Positions 28,303 to 37,416 of a stretch of 51,260 nt of DNA are shown here, in pieces (within the stretch, counting starts at the first letter, position 1; every line of letters begins with the position of its first letter). The notes under the pieces are model-generated. The model had not been told where the DNA came from. It made no database searches and saw only the letters and a program-made list of their open reading frames with translations. The translations under genes were made by a program, and so were the position numbers. The stretch is from Gammaproteobacteria bacterium (GTDB taxonomy: Bacteria > Pseudomonadota > Gammaproteobacteria > Pseudomonadales > Pseudohongiellaceae): the NCBI GenBank assembly GCA_963854365.1, contig CAWKZI010000001.1, positions 1 to 51,260 on the forward strand. Direction: 5' to 3'.

Positions 28303-28379
28303 GATGTGAACTACCTCTCCTTGATGTGAACAAGCTGTGACAATAAGTCTCTTATGTTGTTGAGATGAATTATTGTCAC
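28303..28379 (+). promoter_or_regulatory. Repeat cluster upstream of TonB-dependent receptor 1 (candidate operator or 5'-UTR structure)
   Basis: Direct 9-mers GATGTGAAC at 28303..28311 and 28323..28331, 20 bp apart. They are followed by a perfect 10-bp inverted repeat, GTGACAATAA (28337..28346) / TTATTGTCAC (28370..28379). The cluster ends 49 nt before ATG 28428. Confidence 0.3.
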
Positions 28380-28427
28380 TTCAGTCTCAGATCACGTCGG
28401 CAATTTTTATCCTTTGGAATAATACAA

Positions 28428-30581
28428 ATGATTGAGCGATACAAATCACGGACTTCTCTTATAGTGACAATCTCGGCTTTAACTTTGCTGAAATCATCGA
28501 TTGTGCTAGCCCAAACAGCTGATGACAGCTCAACTGTGACCTACCCTGCAGTCTATTTCGAACAGTATGAACCATTCTCAGTGAGTGATATGTTGGATCG
28601 AATACCGGGCATCAATATGGCCCGAGCTGCAGACTCTCAAGCAAGTGGTCCTGGCAGTTCACAGGGCTCAGACAGGCGTGGGCTGGGCTTAGGCGGCGAT
28701 CAAATTATGATTAATGGCCGACGAATTACCGGCAAAGAAAATGAAGGAAATAGCCAACTTAGCCGTATTCCTGCTAATCAAGTCGAAAGAATTGAAATCA
28801 TTCGTGGCACCTCCGGTAATCTAGACGTCCGTGGGGGTAACCAAGTTATCAATATAGTACTTACCGAATCCGAATCCCGTTCTTCTGTTGCTTATGAAAT
28901 CAGCACCGACCAATTTCATGATGGTGAGGTAAAACCTGGCGCCAAAATTTCACTTAGCGGGCAACAAGGAGCATTCGATTACTTGCTTAGTGCTGAGACC
29001 TCAACTCGTTGGGAATACAGAAAAGGGTTTGAAACTAGCATTTTGGCAGATGGCTCAAGCAACGACATGATCAACAGAGACCAGACTACGGATCAACAAC
29101 CTCTCACCCTGAGTACAAACCTAGGCTATCAGTTTTCTAACAATGACCTCGTTCATTTCAATGCCCAATTCAATCAAAGTGATGCTCCAGTAGATGAAAG
29201 ACGAAGAGTTACCAATTTTTTAACCTCACCTTCGAGCATAAATTTACAATATGATGACATCGGCTCCAAGTCTGACTTCTGGGAAATCGGGGGAGACTAC
29301 GAACACACTTTCACCAGCGGCAACCGATGGAAATCTCTTTTTATTGTAAATCGTAAGGAAGATGATCGATTAAGAGAAAGGTTTGATATCGATAACGACA
29401 GTAGTAAAGACCTCTACCTAGGTAATTTTAATCGCTATCAAGAAAGAATCCTTCGCAGCTCCTATTCGATGAACCTCAGTCAAACACAAGATCTTGAATT
29501 TGGAATTGAGCGCGCTCAAACCATCCTCGACTCTGAACTAAAGCTTGGCCTTCCAACATCCTCAGGGGCTGTATCAACCGAATTTGGAGGCTTAACGCCG
29601 ATCACCAATTCAAATGCTACCGTTGAGGAAATTCGACTTGAAGGCTTTGTGGTTCATAATTGGCAAATCAATAGTCGAATGTCTTTAGAGAGCACACTCA
29701 TTGTTGAACAATCCGAGATAAAACAATCTGGAGACATCAAAAAGAAACGCGACTTTGACTTTGTCCGGCCAAAATTAGATTATCGATTCGATATCACTCC
29801 ATCATTGCAATTCCGTGCTACCGTCGAAAAAGACGTTGCTCAATTAAGCTTCAACGATTTTACAACTAATATTAATACCTTAGATGATGATCAAAATGCC
29901 GTAGCTGGTAATCCCGATCTCAGACAGGAGCAATCTTGGAGGTATGATTTAAATCTTGAATATCGTTTCAATAATGAAAATGGCGTACTTAATACCAACC
30001 TCTTCTATCATGACCTTGAAGATGTAATTGACAAGATTGATGTTTCTACTACAACAGCAATTATATCTGCGAACGGTAACCTTGGTGATGGCGAGCGCTT
30101 TGGTGGCAGCATTGACGCAAGTTTACGTTTAGGAATATTTGATCTTCCACAACTACTAGTCACTTCTCGCGTAGACGTTGAAGATTCAAATGTTACGGAC
30201 CCCTTTCTCGATATAGAACGCCGAATTATTCGTCAGGGCCGAGGTAGATATCGATATGGCTTCCGTCATGACCTGATCCGCTTTAATCTTAATTATGGAG
30301 TTAATGTAAACGGTAGCTTCGAAGGTGGCAGCAGAATTCATGACATCGATAAAATCGAAGATTACAACAGCGATGACTTTTTGGTCGCTTTTGTCGAGAT
30401 GCAAGGCTGGGGCGGTTTGACTTACCGTTTCGAGGCAACCAATATTCATGAATCTATTCGTTGCAGAATTCGCACACGCTATATCAATGGTACAATTGGA
30501 ACAGGCACTCTGAGCGAAATAGAAGATTCTTGCAGCCATGCAGGTGAGCAGTATGGAATAAAAATTCGGGGTACTTTTTAA
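28428..30581 (+). CDS. TonB-dependent outer-membrane receptor (copy 1)
   Basis: The start at ATG 28428 gives a signal peptide ending IVLAQ. Plug motifs DMLDRIPGI, IMINGRR and IEIIRGTSG are present. A long beta-barrel ends in the aromatic terminus IRGTF. Paralogous to 42308..44506. Confidence 0.85.
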   Translation: MIERYKSRTSLIVTISALTLLKSSIVLAQTADDSSTVTYPAVYFEQYEPFSVSDMLDRIPGINMARAADSQASGPGSSQGSDRRGLGLGGDQIMINGRRITGKENEGNSQLSRIPANQVERIEIIRGTSGNLDVRGGNQVINIVLTESESRSSVAYEISTDQFHDGEVKPGAKISLSGQQGAFDYLLSAETSTRWEYRKGFETSILADGSSNDMINRDQTTDQQPLTLSTNLGYQFSNNDLVHFNAQFNQSDAPVDERRRVTNFLTSPSSINLQYDDIGSKSDFWEIGGDYEHTFTSGNRWKSLFIVNRKEDDRLRERFDIDNDSSKDLYLGNFNRYQERILRSSYSMNLSQTQDLEFGIERAQTILDSELKLGLPTSSGAVSTEFGGLTPITNSNATVEEIRLEGFVVHNWQINSRMSLESTLIVEQSEIKQSGDIKKKRDFDFVRPKLDYRFDITPSLQFRATVEKDVAQLSFNDFTTNINTLDDDQNAVAGNPDLRQEQSWRYDLNLEYRFNNENGVLNTNLFYHDLEDVIDKIDVSTTTAIISANGNLGDGERFGGSIDASLRLGIFDLPQLLVTSRVDVEDSNVTDPFLDIERRIIRQGRGRYRYGFRHDLIRFNLNYGVNVNGSFEGGSRIHDIDKIEDYNSDDFLVAFVEMQGWGGLTYRFEATNIHESIRCRIRTRYINGTIGTGTLSEIEDSCSHAGEQYGIKIRGTF

Positions 30582-30718
30582 CTATTAGAATTACTGTTCT
30601 ACATATTACTATTGAGGGTTGAGAGTAATAATCATGAGAATTAGATCAATAGTGTTAACAAACATTCTCTTTATTAGAACTTAAAGAAGAGTATTTAAAA
30701 GCTCTTGTTAAAATTAAC

Positions 30719-31009
30719 ATGAAATCAAAGATGAGTATAAGATTGATATTAGTATCTGCATTGCTCGTACTCGATGCCTGCAATACCCAACGAATAAATT
30801 ATAATTCAATGAGTGATTTAGAAATCAAAAATTATAATTTGACCGTCGGGCAATGGGATAAAGTCTATTGTAGTATGGAAATTAGGCTAGAAAGCCGAAT
30901 CCCTCGACGAAAATGCGCAACACTCTTAGAACTTCAGGGACAACAAATTGGCGATATCAGCAGAATTAATACTGCCAATCCCGGTAGTAGTAAATTCGGT
31001 GTAAATTAG
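30719..31009 (+). CDS. Small putative lipoprotein
   Basis: 96 aa with the lipobox-like sequence LLVLDAC (Asp at -2 is atypical). No family recognised. Confidence 0.4.
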   Translation: MKSKMSIRLILVSALLVLDACNTQRINYNSMSDLEIKNYNLTVGQWDKVYCSMEIRLESRIPRRKCATLLELQGQQIGDISRINTANPGSSKFGVN

Positions 31010-31147
31010 CTTGCTATTAAAAAAAGTATCAACGCATTGCAAAGACTCACCGCTCCTCCCTGAATTGGATTAATTTAGATCACAGTTAGAAATTTCCACT
31101 GAAGCAGTCTTGATACAGTCTCTGCTGCCGCCGAAGCGATTTACAAT

Positions 31148-31163
31148 TTGGCTTTAAAGCCAA
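31148..31163. promoter_or_regulatory. Perfect 16-bp palindrome TTGGCTTTAAAGCCAA
   Basis: Read directly in the 431-bp gap upstream of the esterase gene, about 280 bp from its ATG. Candidate binding site for a dimeric regulator. Confidence 0.25.
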
Positions 31164-31440
31164 TAACATTTCGCAGCTCGCATGACACTTTAAAAGTAAT
31201 TTCATTAGTAACATTGCTACTACTACGGGGAAATTTCAAGTTTAAAACTGGTATAGCGAGATCAAAAAGTAACTACCAAGTAACCAAACTTCGGTGATTC
31301 CATTGGAAATTCCATGATATTCTAGTTCATTCACAGTAAAGTGCGGAAGCATTCCTATAGACTTAATATAAATGCTTCGCTCTAAACATAAAGCTAACTG
31401 AATAGAGAATCAGTTAACATAGAATAAAAAGGAGAGTCCC

Positions 31441-32343
31441 ATGCTCAATAAGAATTCAGCTTTATTTCTATTACTAAGCCTTACTTTCTTACCGAGCCAA
31501 GTTTTATTAGCACAGCTCTCGGACCGCGCCTCCTGGACAGCAACAGTTCAGAATGATTTTCGAGTCATTCCTAATATAACCTATCAGCAAGCTAACGGTA
31601 TCGAGCTAAAGATTGATGTTTATCAGTCACGCGATAACGACGGGCCTGCTCCTACATTCATTTACTATCATGGTGGTGGTTGGGTTCGTGGCTCGAAAGA
31701 GGCTAACGTGCTGCGAATACTTCCTTATCTCGAGCAGGGCTGGTCAGCGGTGAATGTACAGTACCGTCTAGGAAATGTTTCATTGGCCCCGGCTGCGGTA
31801 GAAGACAGTCTTTGTGCATTGCGCTGGGTGGCAAGGAATGCCGAGGAATATGGCTTTGATAAAGACCGTCTAGTTGTGTCAGGAAATTCAGCCGGGGGGC
31901 ACCTAGCTCTTGTAACAGGAATGTTACCAGCAGATAGTGACCTAGGCAGGCAGTGCTTGGGGAGCGAATCTCCCAAGGTCGCTGCAATTGTAAATTGGTA
32001 TGGCATTACTGATGTTGCCGACCTACTCGATGGTGAGAATCAGAAATCCTATGCCGTACGTTGGATGAGCTCCATGCCAGATCGCAATGAAATTGCCGCA
32101 CGCATCTCTCCTCTCAATTTTGTTAATTCTGAACTGCCACCAATTATTACAATTCACGGTGATGCTGATCCAACCGTACCCTACGATCATGCAGTGCAAC
32201 TACACAGTCTATTAGACCAGACAGAGGTCACCAATGAATTGGTGACCATCCCCAATGGTGGTCATGGTGGATTTCCTGCCAATGAAATGCTCAGAATCTA
32301 TGGTCGAATTTTTCAGTTCTTGAACGAAAATGTTACGCACTAA
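31441..32343 (+). CDS. Secreted alpha/beta hydrolase (hormone-sensitive-lipase-like esterase, fold-3)
   Basis: Strong ribosome-binding site AAAGGAGAG and a signal peptide. Oxyanion motif YYHGGGW, nucleophile elbow SGNSAGGHLAL, and HGDADPTVP. Confidence 0.85.
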   Translation: MLNKNSALFLLLSLTFLPSQVLLAQLSDRASWTATVQNDFRVIPNITYQQANGIELKIDVYQSRDNDGPAPTFIYYHGGGWVRGSKEANVLRILPYLEQGWSAVNVQYRLGNVSLAPAAVEDSLCALRWVARNAEEYGFDKDRLVVSGNSAGGHLALVTGMLPADSDLGRQCLGSESPKVAAIVNWYGITDVADLLDGENQKSYAVRWMSSMPDRNEIAARISPLNFVNSELPPIITIHGDADPTVPYDHAVQLHSLLDQTEVTNELVTIPNGGHGGFPANEMLRIYGRIFQFLNENVTH

Positions 32344-32758
32344 ATTTAGAGAATAACTCACCTATATTTGGACAAAGATTTAAATCGCTCAACAGCAATG
32401 GCAGACTAACATTTGACCAAAACATCTATATTTTTATCCGACAGGATTTTTCAAGTATTTGTGGCTACGCATATTCTAGCCCTTATCCCTAAATTGTGAC
32501 GAAATCAAAAAACTCAGGAAAAATTGCCTGGCTATGGCATGTGTTGCCGGTATCGTAGAATCTATGTTCAAAACCCCGGAGCTATTATTAAGCTTCTATA
32601 CTGATTTGGCCACTTCCCTTGTAGTAAGCTTTTCACTGCAATTTACTGTATTAAGTTATATAACGATACAAAAGCCACTAATGACCAAAAAGACGATCTC
32701 GACTCAGTCGCACACTTTCCTGGGTGAGTGAGTAATCTATAAATAAAGGAATCTAACT

Positions 32759-34747
32759 ATGAAGAATACACAACGAACTTCAAACTTAATTCTTGTAACC
32801 TCAATCTTACTGTTAGCGGCTTGCAATTCTGACACCGATGATCAAGAAGCCCGTGAACCACTGAATCAACCGACCGGTCAATGGACTAGTCACGGAGCTG
32901 ATCACTCCTCATCAAAATATGCAGCCTTAGATCAAATCAATGCTGATAATTTTACAGAACTCGAAATTGCTTGGCGCTGGGAATCAGCAGACTATCGTGT
33001 GCCAGATGATCTGTTGTACTTCACCGGCGACTACCGGGCAACGCCACTCATGGTTAATGGCGTTGTCTACCAAGCCACCAATCATGGACAAGTGGCAGCA
33101 TTGGACCCAGCCACTGGCGAAGAGTTTTGGGTCTTTGATCCTGAATCTTACAAACTCGGACAACCAAATTTTTCGCCAGCCCAGACTCGTGGCATAGAAT
33201 ATTGGACAGATGGCGAAGTCGAAAGAATCTTTATCGCTACGCTTGGCAAACAGTTAGTTTCAATAGACATCACTACAGGTTTACCCGATCCTGATTTTGG
33301 TGACAACGGTATCGTTGACCTTTCGCAAAATCTCGGCCGCCTCGAATTTGAAATGCGCAACATCACCCATGGGGCACCACCAATTGTCGTTGGCAATACA
33401 GTGGTCATTGGCTCCAAAATCTATGATTACATAATGAGTAATCGTAGCCCGCCTGGCCATGTTCGCGGCTACGATGCACGTACCGGGAAGTTTAAGTGGC
33501 GTTTCAATACCATTCCCCAGCCCGGGGAGGATTTTAACGAAACCTGGGAAGATGGTTCGTGGCGCACTGCAGGCAATACAAATGTTTGGTCTTTTATGGC
33601 AGCTGATGACGAGCTGGGGATTGTTTATCTGCCCACTTCTACGCCAACTAATGATTACTGGGGCGGCAAGCGCCTTGGAGAAAACCTTTACGCAGAAAGC
33701 ATAGTGGCGCTAAGTGCTGACACTGGTGAACGCATCTGGCATTTCCAAACTGTGCATCATGGACTATGGGACTATGATGTAGCTTCGGCACCGAACCTTG
33801 TTGATGTCGTGGTCGACGGAAAACCTATCAAAGCACTTGCCCAAGTCTCAAAAACTGGCTTCACCTATGTATTTAATCGGGTTACCGGTGAGCCAGTGTG
33901 GCCAATTGAAGAACGCGCGGTCCCCCCCAGCACTGTCCCCGGTGAACGCGCTCACCCGACCCAACCCTTCCCTACTAAGCCGCTGCCTTTTGAACAAATA
34001 GGAGCGAGTGAAGATGATCTAATAGATTTCACTCCGGAGTTAAGAGCTGAAGCCCTAGATATTGCCAATAATTTTGTCCTCGGTGATATTTTCACCCCAC
34101 CGATTGTTGGTGGCTCCAATGGAAAGCGTTCAACTTACGTAGTCCCCGGTGCTGGTGGTGGTGCTAATTTTCCCGGCGCTTCCTTGGATCCGGAAACCGG
34201 CATTCTTTATATTCAATCAGTGACTCGCCCGACAGGTATGGCGCTTATTGCCCCTCCTAATGGAACTTCTGATTGGCCCTATGTAATTCAATATGATCGC
34301 AGTGGCGGCCCAAGAGGATTGCCATTACTAAAGCCTCCCTATCGACGAATTACAGCAATTGATATTAATACAGGAGAACACGTCTGGCAGATTCCCTTCG
34401 GTAAAGGGCCCACAGATCATCCTGATATTGCGCACTTGAACCTTGGTCCCTTGGGTTCAGTGTTTAGTGACGTAGTTGCGGAGGGTGGCATACTGATCAC
34501 TAAATCTCTTTTAATTTCCTACTTGGCTTCTAAGGATGAGATAGCAGAGGAGGCAGCTGGTTCCTTGTTGGTTGCTCACGACAAAGCTACGGGTGCTCTT
34601 ATTGGCGAAATAGAAGTTGATCGTCGTCTGCATGGTCCGATCATGAGTTATCAGCACAAAGATCGCCAATATTTAGCTGTAGCAGGAGGCGGCCGTAACA
34701 ATGATGCTGAAATGCTAGTTTTTGCCCTACCCGAATCAAACTTGTGA
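32759..34747 (+). CDS. PQQ-dependent dehydrogenase, glucose/quinate-dehydrogenase-like propeller, lipoprotein form
   Basis: AAGGAA ribosome-binding site and lipobox ILLLAAC. Motifs ALDPATGEEFWVFD, VRGYDARTGKFKWRF, LSADTGERIWHFQTVHHGLWDYD and AIDINTGEHVWQIPFG are present. It lacks the N-terminal 5-TM anchor of membrane GDH. Paralogous to 40090..42114. Confidence 0.85.
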   Translation: MKNTQRTSNLILVTSILLLAACNSDTDDQEAREPLNQPTGQWTSHGADHSSSKYAALDQINADNFTELEIAWRWESADYRVPDDLLYFTGDYRATPLMVNGVVYQATNHGQVAALDPATGEEFWVFDPESYKLGQPNFSPAQTRGIEYWTDGEVERIFIATLGKQLVSIDITTGLPDPDFGDNGIVDLSQNLGRLEFEMRNITHGAPPIVVGNTVVIGSKIYDYIMSNRSPPGHVRGYDARTGKFKWRFNTIPQPGEDFNETWEDGSWRTAGNTNVWSFMAADDELGIVYLPTSTPTNDYWGGKRLGENLYAESIVALSADTGERIWHFQTVHHGLWDYDVASAPNLVDVVVDGKPIKALAQVSKTGFTYVFNRVTGEPVWPIEERAVPPSTVPGERAHPTQPFPTKPLPFEQIGASEDDLIDFTPELRAEALDIANNFVLGDIFTPPIVGGSNGKRSTYVVPGAGGGANFPGASLDPETGILYIQSVTRPTGMALIAPPNGTSDWPYVIQYDRSGGPRGLPLLKPPYRRITAIDINTGEHVWQIPFGKGPTDHPDIAHLNLGPLGSVFSDVVAEGGILITKSLLISYLASKDEIAEEAAGSLLVAHDKATGALIGEIEVDRRLHGPIMSYQHKDRQYLAVAGGGRNNDAEMLVFALPESNL

Positions 34748-34803
34748 AATGACTTCACAAATAGTAGAACAGTACTTTAAGAATAAGAAACTCGGAGCCC
34801 ACT

Positions 34804-35526
34804 ATGACAATGTCTCTAATACATAAGCTAATTAAATTCCGTTCCCTCTACACTTGCCTGCTGATGACCACAGTAACTGGAGTGTTTTTACTCCAAACTC
34901 TTACGCCCACCGCAAATGCGCAAGAGAATGAGTTCATCGGCGAGAAGATTGTTCATCTATTACAAGAGCCTCGCCACCGAACTGTGCATGAACAGGACGG
35001 GCTGTTCTTGCTGGATGTGCAAGTCAACCCCGGAGACACCAGCTTTGCCCACATCCATGACCAGGCTATTTTGCTGACCTACATTAATGCTGGCAGCGGC
35101 CCTCGAGATGGTTCTGTGAGCACTAATATTGATTATGCATCTACGCCTCACACACACAAGGTTGCCAATGAAGGCCCTGGACTGATGCGAATTATTGCTT
35201 TCGTGAATAGCGGGCTCGCAGTCTCAGACAGCGATAGCGATGAACCCTCTGGCATGAATAGTGAGCCAAATATCGAGAACCCCTGGTTTCGATCTTACCG
35301 AATAGAATTACAAGCCGGTGAGCAAACTAATATCCAAACCCACAACAATAATACTGTGATTGTTCAAGGCAGTGACGGCCTTGTGCATGTTACACGTGCC
35401 GACGGTATCGCAGCAGAGCTTGATGCTCCAGGCGATTGGACTTGGAGAGATCCTCATTCTCCGTTCATAGTTCGCAATATGGGTCAAACTTCTGTATTCG
35501 TAGCTATAAATGAGGGCCGCCAGTAG
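34804..35526 (+). CDS. Exported cupin-like (bicupin) protein
   Basis: Signal peptide ending TANAQ. The first half matches cupin motif 1, G-X5-H-X-H (PGDTSFAHIH), and motif 2, H-X3-N (HTHKVAN). The second half looks like a degenerate cupin barrel. Confidence 0.45.
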   Translation: MTMSLIHKLIKFRSLYTCLLMTTVTGVFLLQTLTPTANAQENEFIGEKIVHLLQEPRHRTVHEQDGLFLLDVQVNPGDTSFAHIHDQAILLTYINAGSGPRDGSVSTNIDYASTPHTHKVANEGPGLMRIIAFVNSGLAVSDSDSDEPSGMNSEPNIENPWFRSYRIELQAGEQTNIQTHNNNTVIVQGSDGLVHVTRADGIAAELDAPGDWTWRDPHSPFIVRNMGQTSVFVAINEGRQ

Positions 35527-35600
35527 CTTAAGATCCAACTACGATTTATTTCGCGGCAAGTAAGAGCGAAGAGATATTCATTTAATATATTTACACATAT

Positions 35601-35626
35601 AAAAACCCGCCAGTTGGGGGGAGGGG
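35601..35626 (-). terminator. Possible intrinsic terminator for 35705..36742
   Basis: The minus-strand RNA reads CCCCCC-AACU-GGCGGG, a 6-bp GC stem with one C.C mismatch, followed by UUUUU. It lies about 80 nt after the stop codon. Confidence 0.35.
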
Positions 35627-35704
35627 GTAATAGTGCTTAGCCAAAAAACCATAGAACTTTTCATTAAAAGGCTTAAGAAAACCAGCATTTCTGGGATTTA
35701 GTTA

Positions 35705-36742
35705 TTATTGACCGCCTGACTCCGTTGTTTCACGCTCTATGACTCGCTCTCCACGTAAAGTATTTAACATGCCGTAATTACCTTCGTGACAAGCGTATTC
35801 ATAGATCTGACCACTGGTTTTAATCATTGGAACAACTGCTGAGATTTTATCGGTAAACGTTGAAGGGTCTTCAATCGTAAACTCATAAACTACTTCATCG
35901 CTAGCCGTACGAGTGAATCGTTCTATCAAAACCATGTCGTAGTTACGTCCAGTGCTATTGAAGGTTTGCCGATATCCATTAAAGTTCTTGGTTTCAACTA
36001 CCAGGGTGTTGCCGTCCCAGTGTCCTCTCGAATCACCAGACCACATTCTAATAGCGTCATCTAAACCTGGCTTATCAGTAATAGGTACGATGCGCGCATC
36101 GTGAATCATCTCAGTAAGAATAACTGCAGTATCTTTGTTCTGAAAAATTTGTACATTATTGTTATATAAACTAGGCACAAAAGGCGGTCCAGAATTAAAA
36201 CCAACGATACAACGTTCAGATAGGCCTCGGTCTTCAGGGCCATCTTTGGCTATTCCACCTACAGTGAATAGCACTGGTCTAATTTCATCTGGAGTGTCAT
36301 CAATTTGATTACCACGCTGCACCTGCGCGCCTTCTAATGCTGCAGGCACTTTGCCATTTAGGGGGTAAATGATATGGGAAGTCCGCACATTTTCACCTAG
36401 CCCCTTGGTCTCAAACCAAAAGTCGTTATATCCCAAAACCTGAGGTCCAGCTTTAGGCAAGTCTGGATCAGTATTTAGCTGCGCTGCCCTCGCATCGGCT
36501 GCTGCCGCTGCTGCTGATTGTCGCTCAAGCTCTTTGAGAAGTTGCTCGGGAGTTAGAAATTCTTGTGTACCCCAACGGTCAGGGCGTTGCATCGGCGTGT
36601 CTGAAGCAAAATTCCAAACCCCACTGATATCTGGTTGCCCAAATTCGTTTAGTGGGGCCTCGAAATCAGAGTTTGATTGTGCCAAGGCCATGCCAAAAGT
36701 CAGGGCCATTGCTGCGCCCAAGCCTAGTTGTTTAAATTTCAC
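35705..36742 (-). CDS. Exported protein of unknown family (YEYACHEGNY family, copy B)
   Basis: Signal peptide MKFKQLGLGAAMALTFGMALAQ. It shares blocks with 21863..22846 (GQPDISGVW, EMIHDARIVP, HWDGNTLVVET, ERFTR, YEYACHEGNY). Confidence 0.6.
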   Translation of the reverse strand: MKFKQLGLGAAMALTFGMALAQSNSDFEAPLNEFGQPDISGVWNFASDTPMQRPDRWGTQEFLTPEQLLKELERQSAAAAAADARAAQLNTDPDLPKAGPQVLGYNDFWFETKGLGENVRTSHIIYPLNGKVPAALEGAQVQRGNQIDDTPDEIRPVLFTVGGIAKDGPEDRGLSERCIVGFNSGPPFVPSLYNNNVQIFQNKDTAVILTEMIHDARIVPITDKPGLDDAIRMWSGDSRGHWDGNTLVVETKNFNGYRQTFNSTGRNYDMVLIERFTRTASDEVVYEFTIEDPSTFTDKISAVVPMIKTSGQIYEYACHEGNYGMLNTLRGERVIERETTESGGQ

Positions 36743-36901
36743 ACCTTCCCTCGCTCATTTATTGTTCTACTCTTAAATAAGGTAATACCTAGCTCATCAG
36801 CAGTCAATATCTCTTCACCGGGCGACTGCTTAACTTACTCTAGGATGTCTGGAGCAAAAGAACCTCTACAGCGCAAAATATCGATATCGAAAAGGTTCGA
36901 T

Positions 36902-37381
36902 TTATTCTTCAGATACGTTAAAAAACTCTACCATGTAATTCTGGTAAGGGCCCTCTAAAAGAAAATTATTAAATATTTCATGGAGAAGGTTAACTGCTGT
37001 TTTTGCAGCTTCCCCACCATCACCGACTTGAAATCCAATAGTTATCGACAACTTCTCCTGACGGTTTTTGCAAGAAAAGGTAAAACGTTGATCATCTAGG
37101 CGACGATGAAGCGGTACAGATTCGGCAGAACGCTGTTGTAAAAAAATACGGAACTCTTTGTCCATCTCAGAACGAAATGGCACTGCTGGTAAGATGTCCC
37201 TAATTTCTATTTTTGATTTCTGCGCATACAAAGTTAAATTAAAAGGCATCTCTGCTAGCCAGTGAAAACGATATTTTACACTGCCATTACTCGCCTGCTC
37301 CACCAAACTAAAATTTTGAAAGATGCCCCTGTCAGCATAATTTTGCAGCTCTGCGCTCACTACCTTCACAGTTTCTTGCAT
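36902..37381 (-). CDS. Hypothetical cytoplasmic protein (159 aa), last gene of the cytochrome c/ThDP-enzyme unit
   Basis: It has no signal peptide or TM segment and starts 35 nt after the ThDP enzyme stop codon. No family recognised. Confidence 0.5.
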   Translation of the reverse strand: MQETVKVVSAELQNYADRGIFQNFSLVEQASNGSVKYRFHWLAEMPFNLTLYAQKSKIEIRDILPAVPFRSEMDKEFRIFLQQRSAESVPLHRRLDDQRFTFSCKNRQEKLSITIGFQVGDGGEAAKTAVNLLHEIFNNFLLEGPYQNYMVEFFNVSEE

Positions 37382-37416
37382 TAACTTGTCCCGCCCTTTC
37401 CCGAATAAACCCTTAT

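Noticed and set aside
27949-28427. Cobalamin or other riboswitch in front of the TonB-dependent receptors (also 44507..44700)
   Set aside because: I looked for the conserved B12-box (GCCACTG-like) and THI-box-like cores and found neither. No long conserved multi-stem structure was evident by eye. An Rfam scan would be needed to be definitive.
32534-32731. 65-aa ORF in the 415-bp gap upstream of the lipoprotein PQQ dehydrogenase
   Set aside because: It has no ribosome-binding site, no recognisable motif, and a hydrophobic low-information sequence. It is more likely non-coding leader or promoter DNA. It cannot be excluded without expression data.
35611-35630. G-run GGGGGGAGGGGG as a possible G-quadruplex
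   Set aside because: Only two G-tracts are present. The run is better explained as one arm of a GC hairpin followed by a U-run, which would terminate the minus-strand gene.
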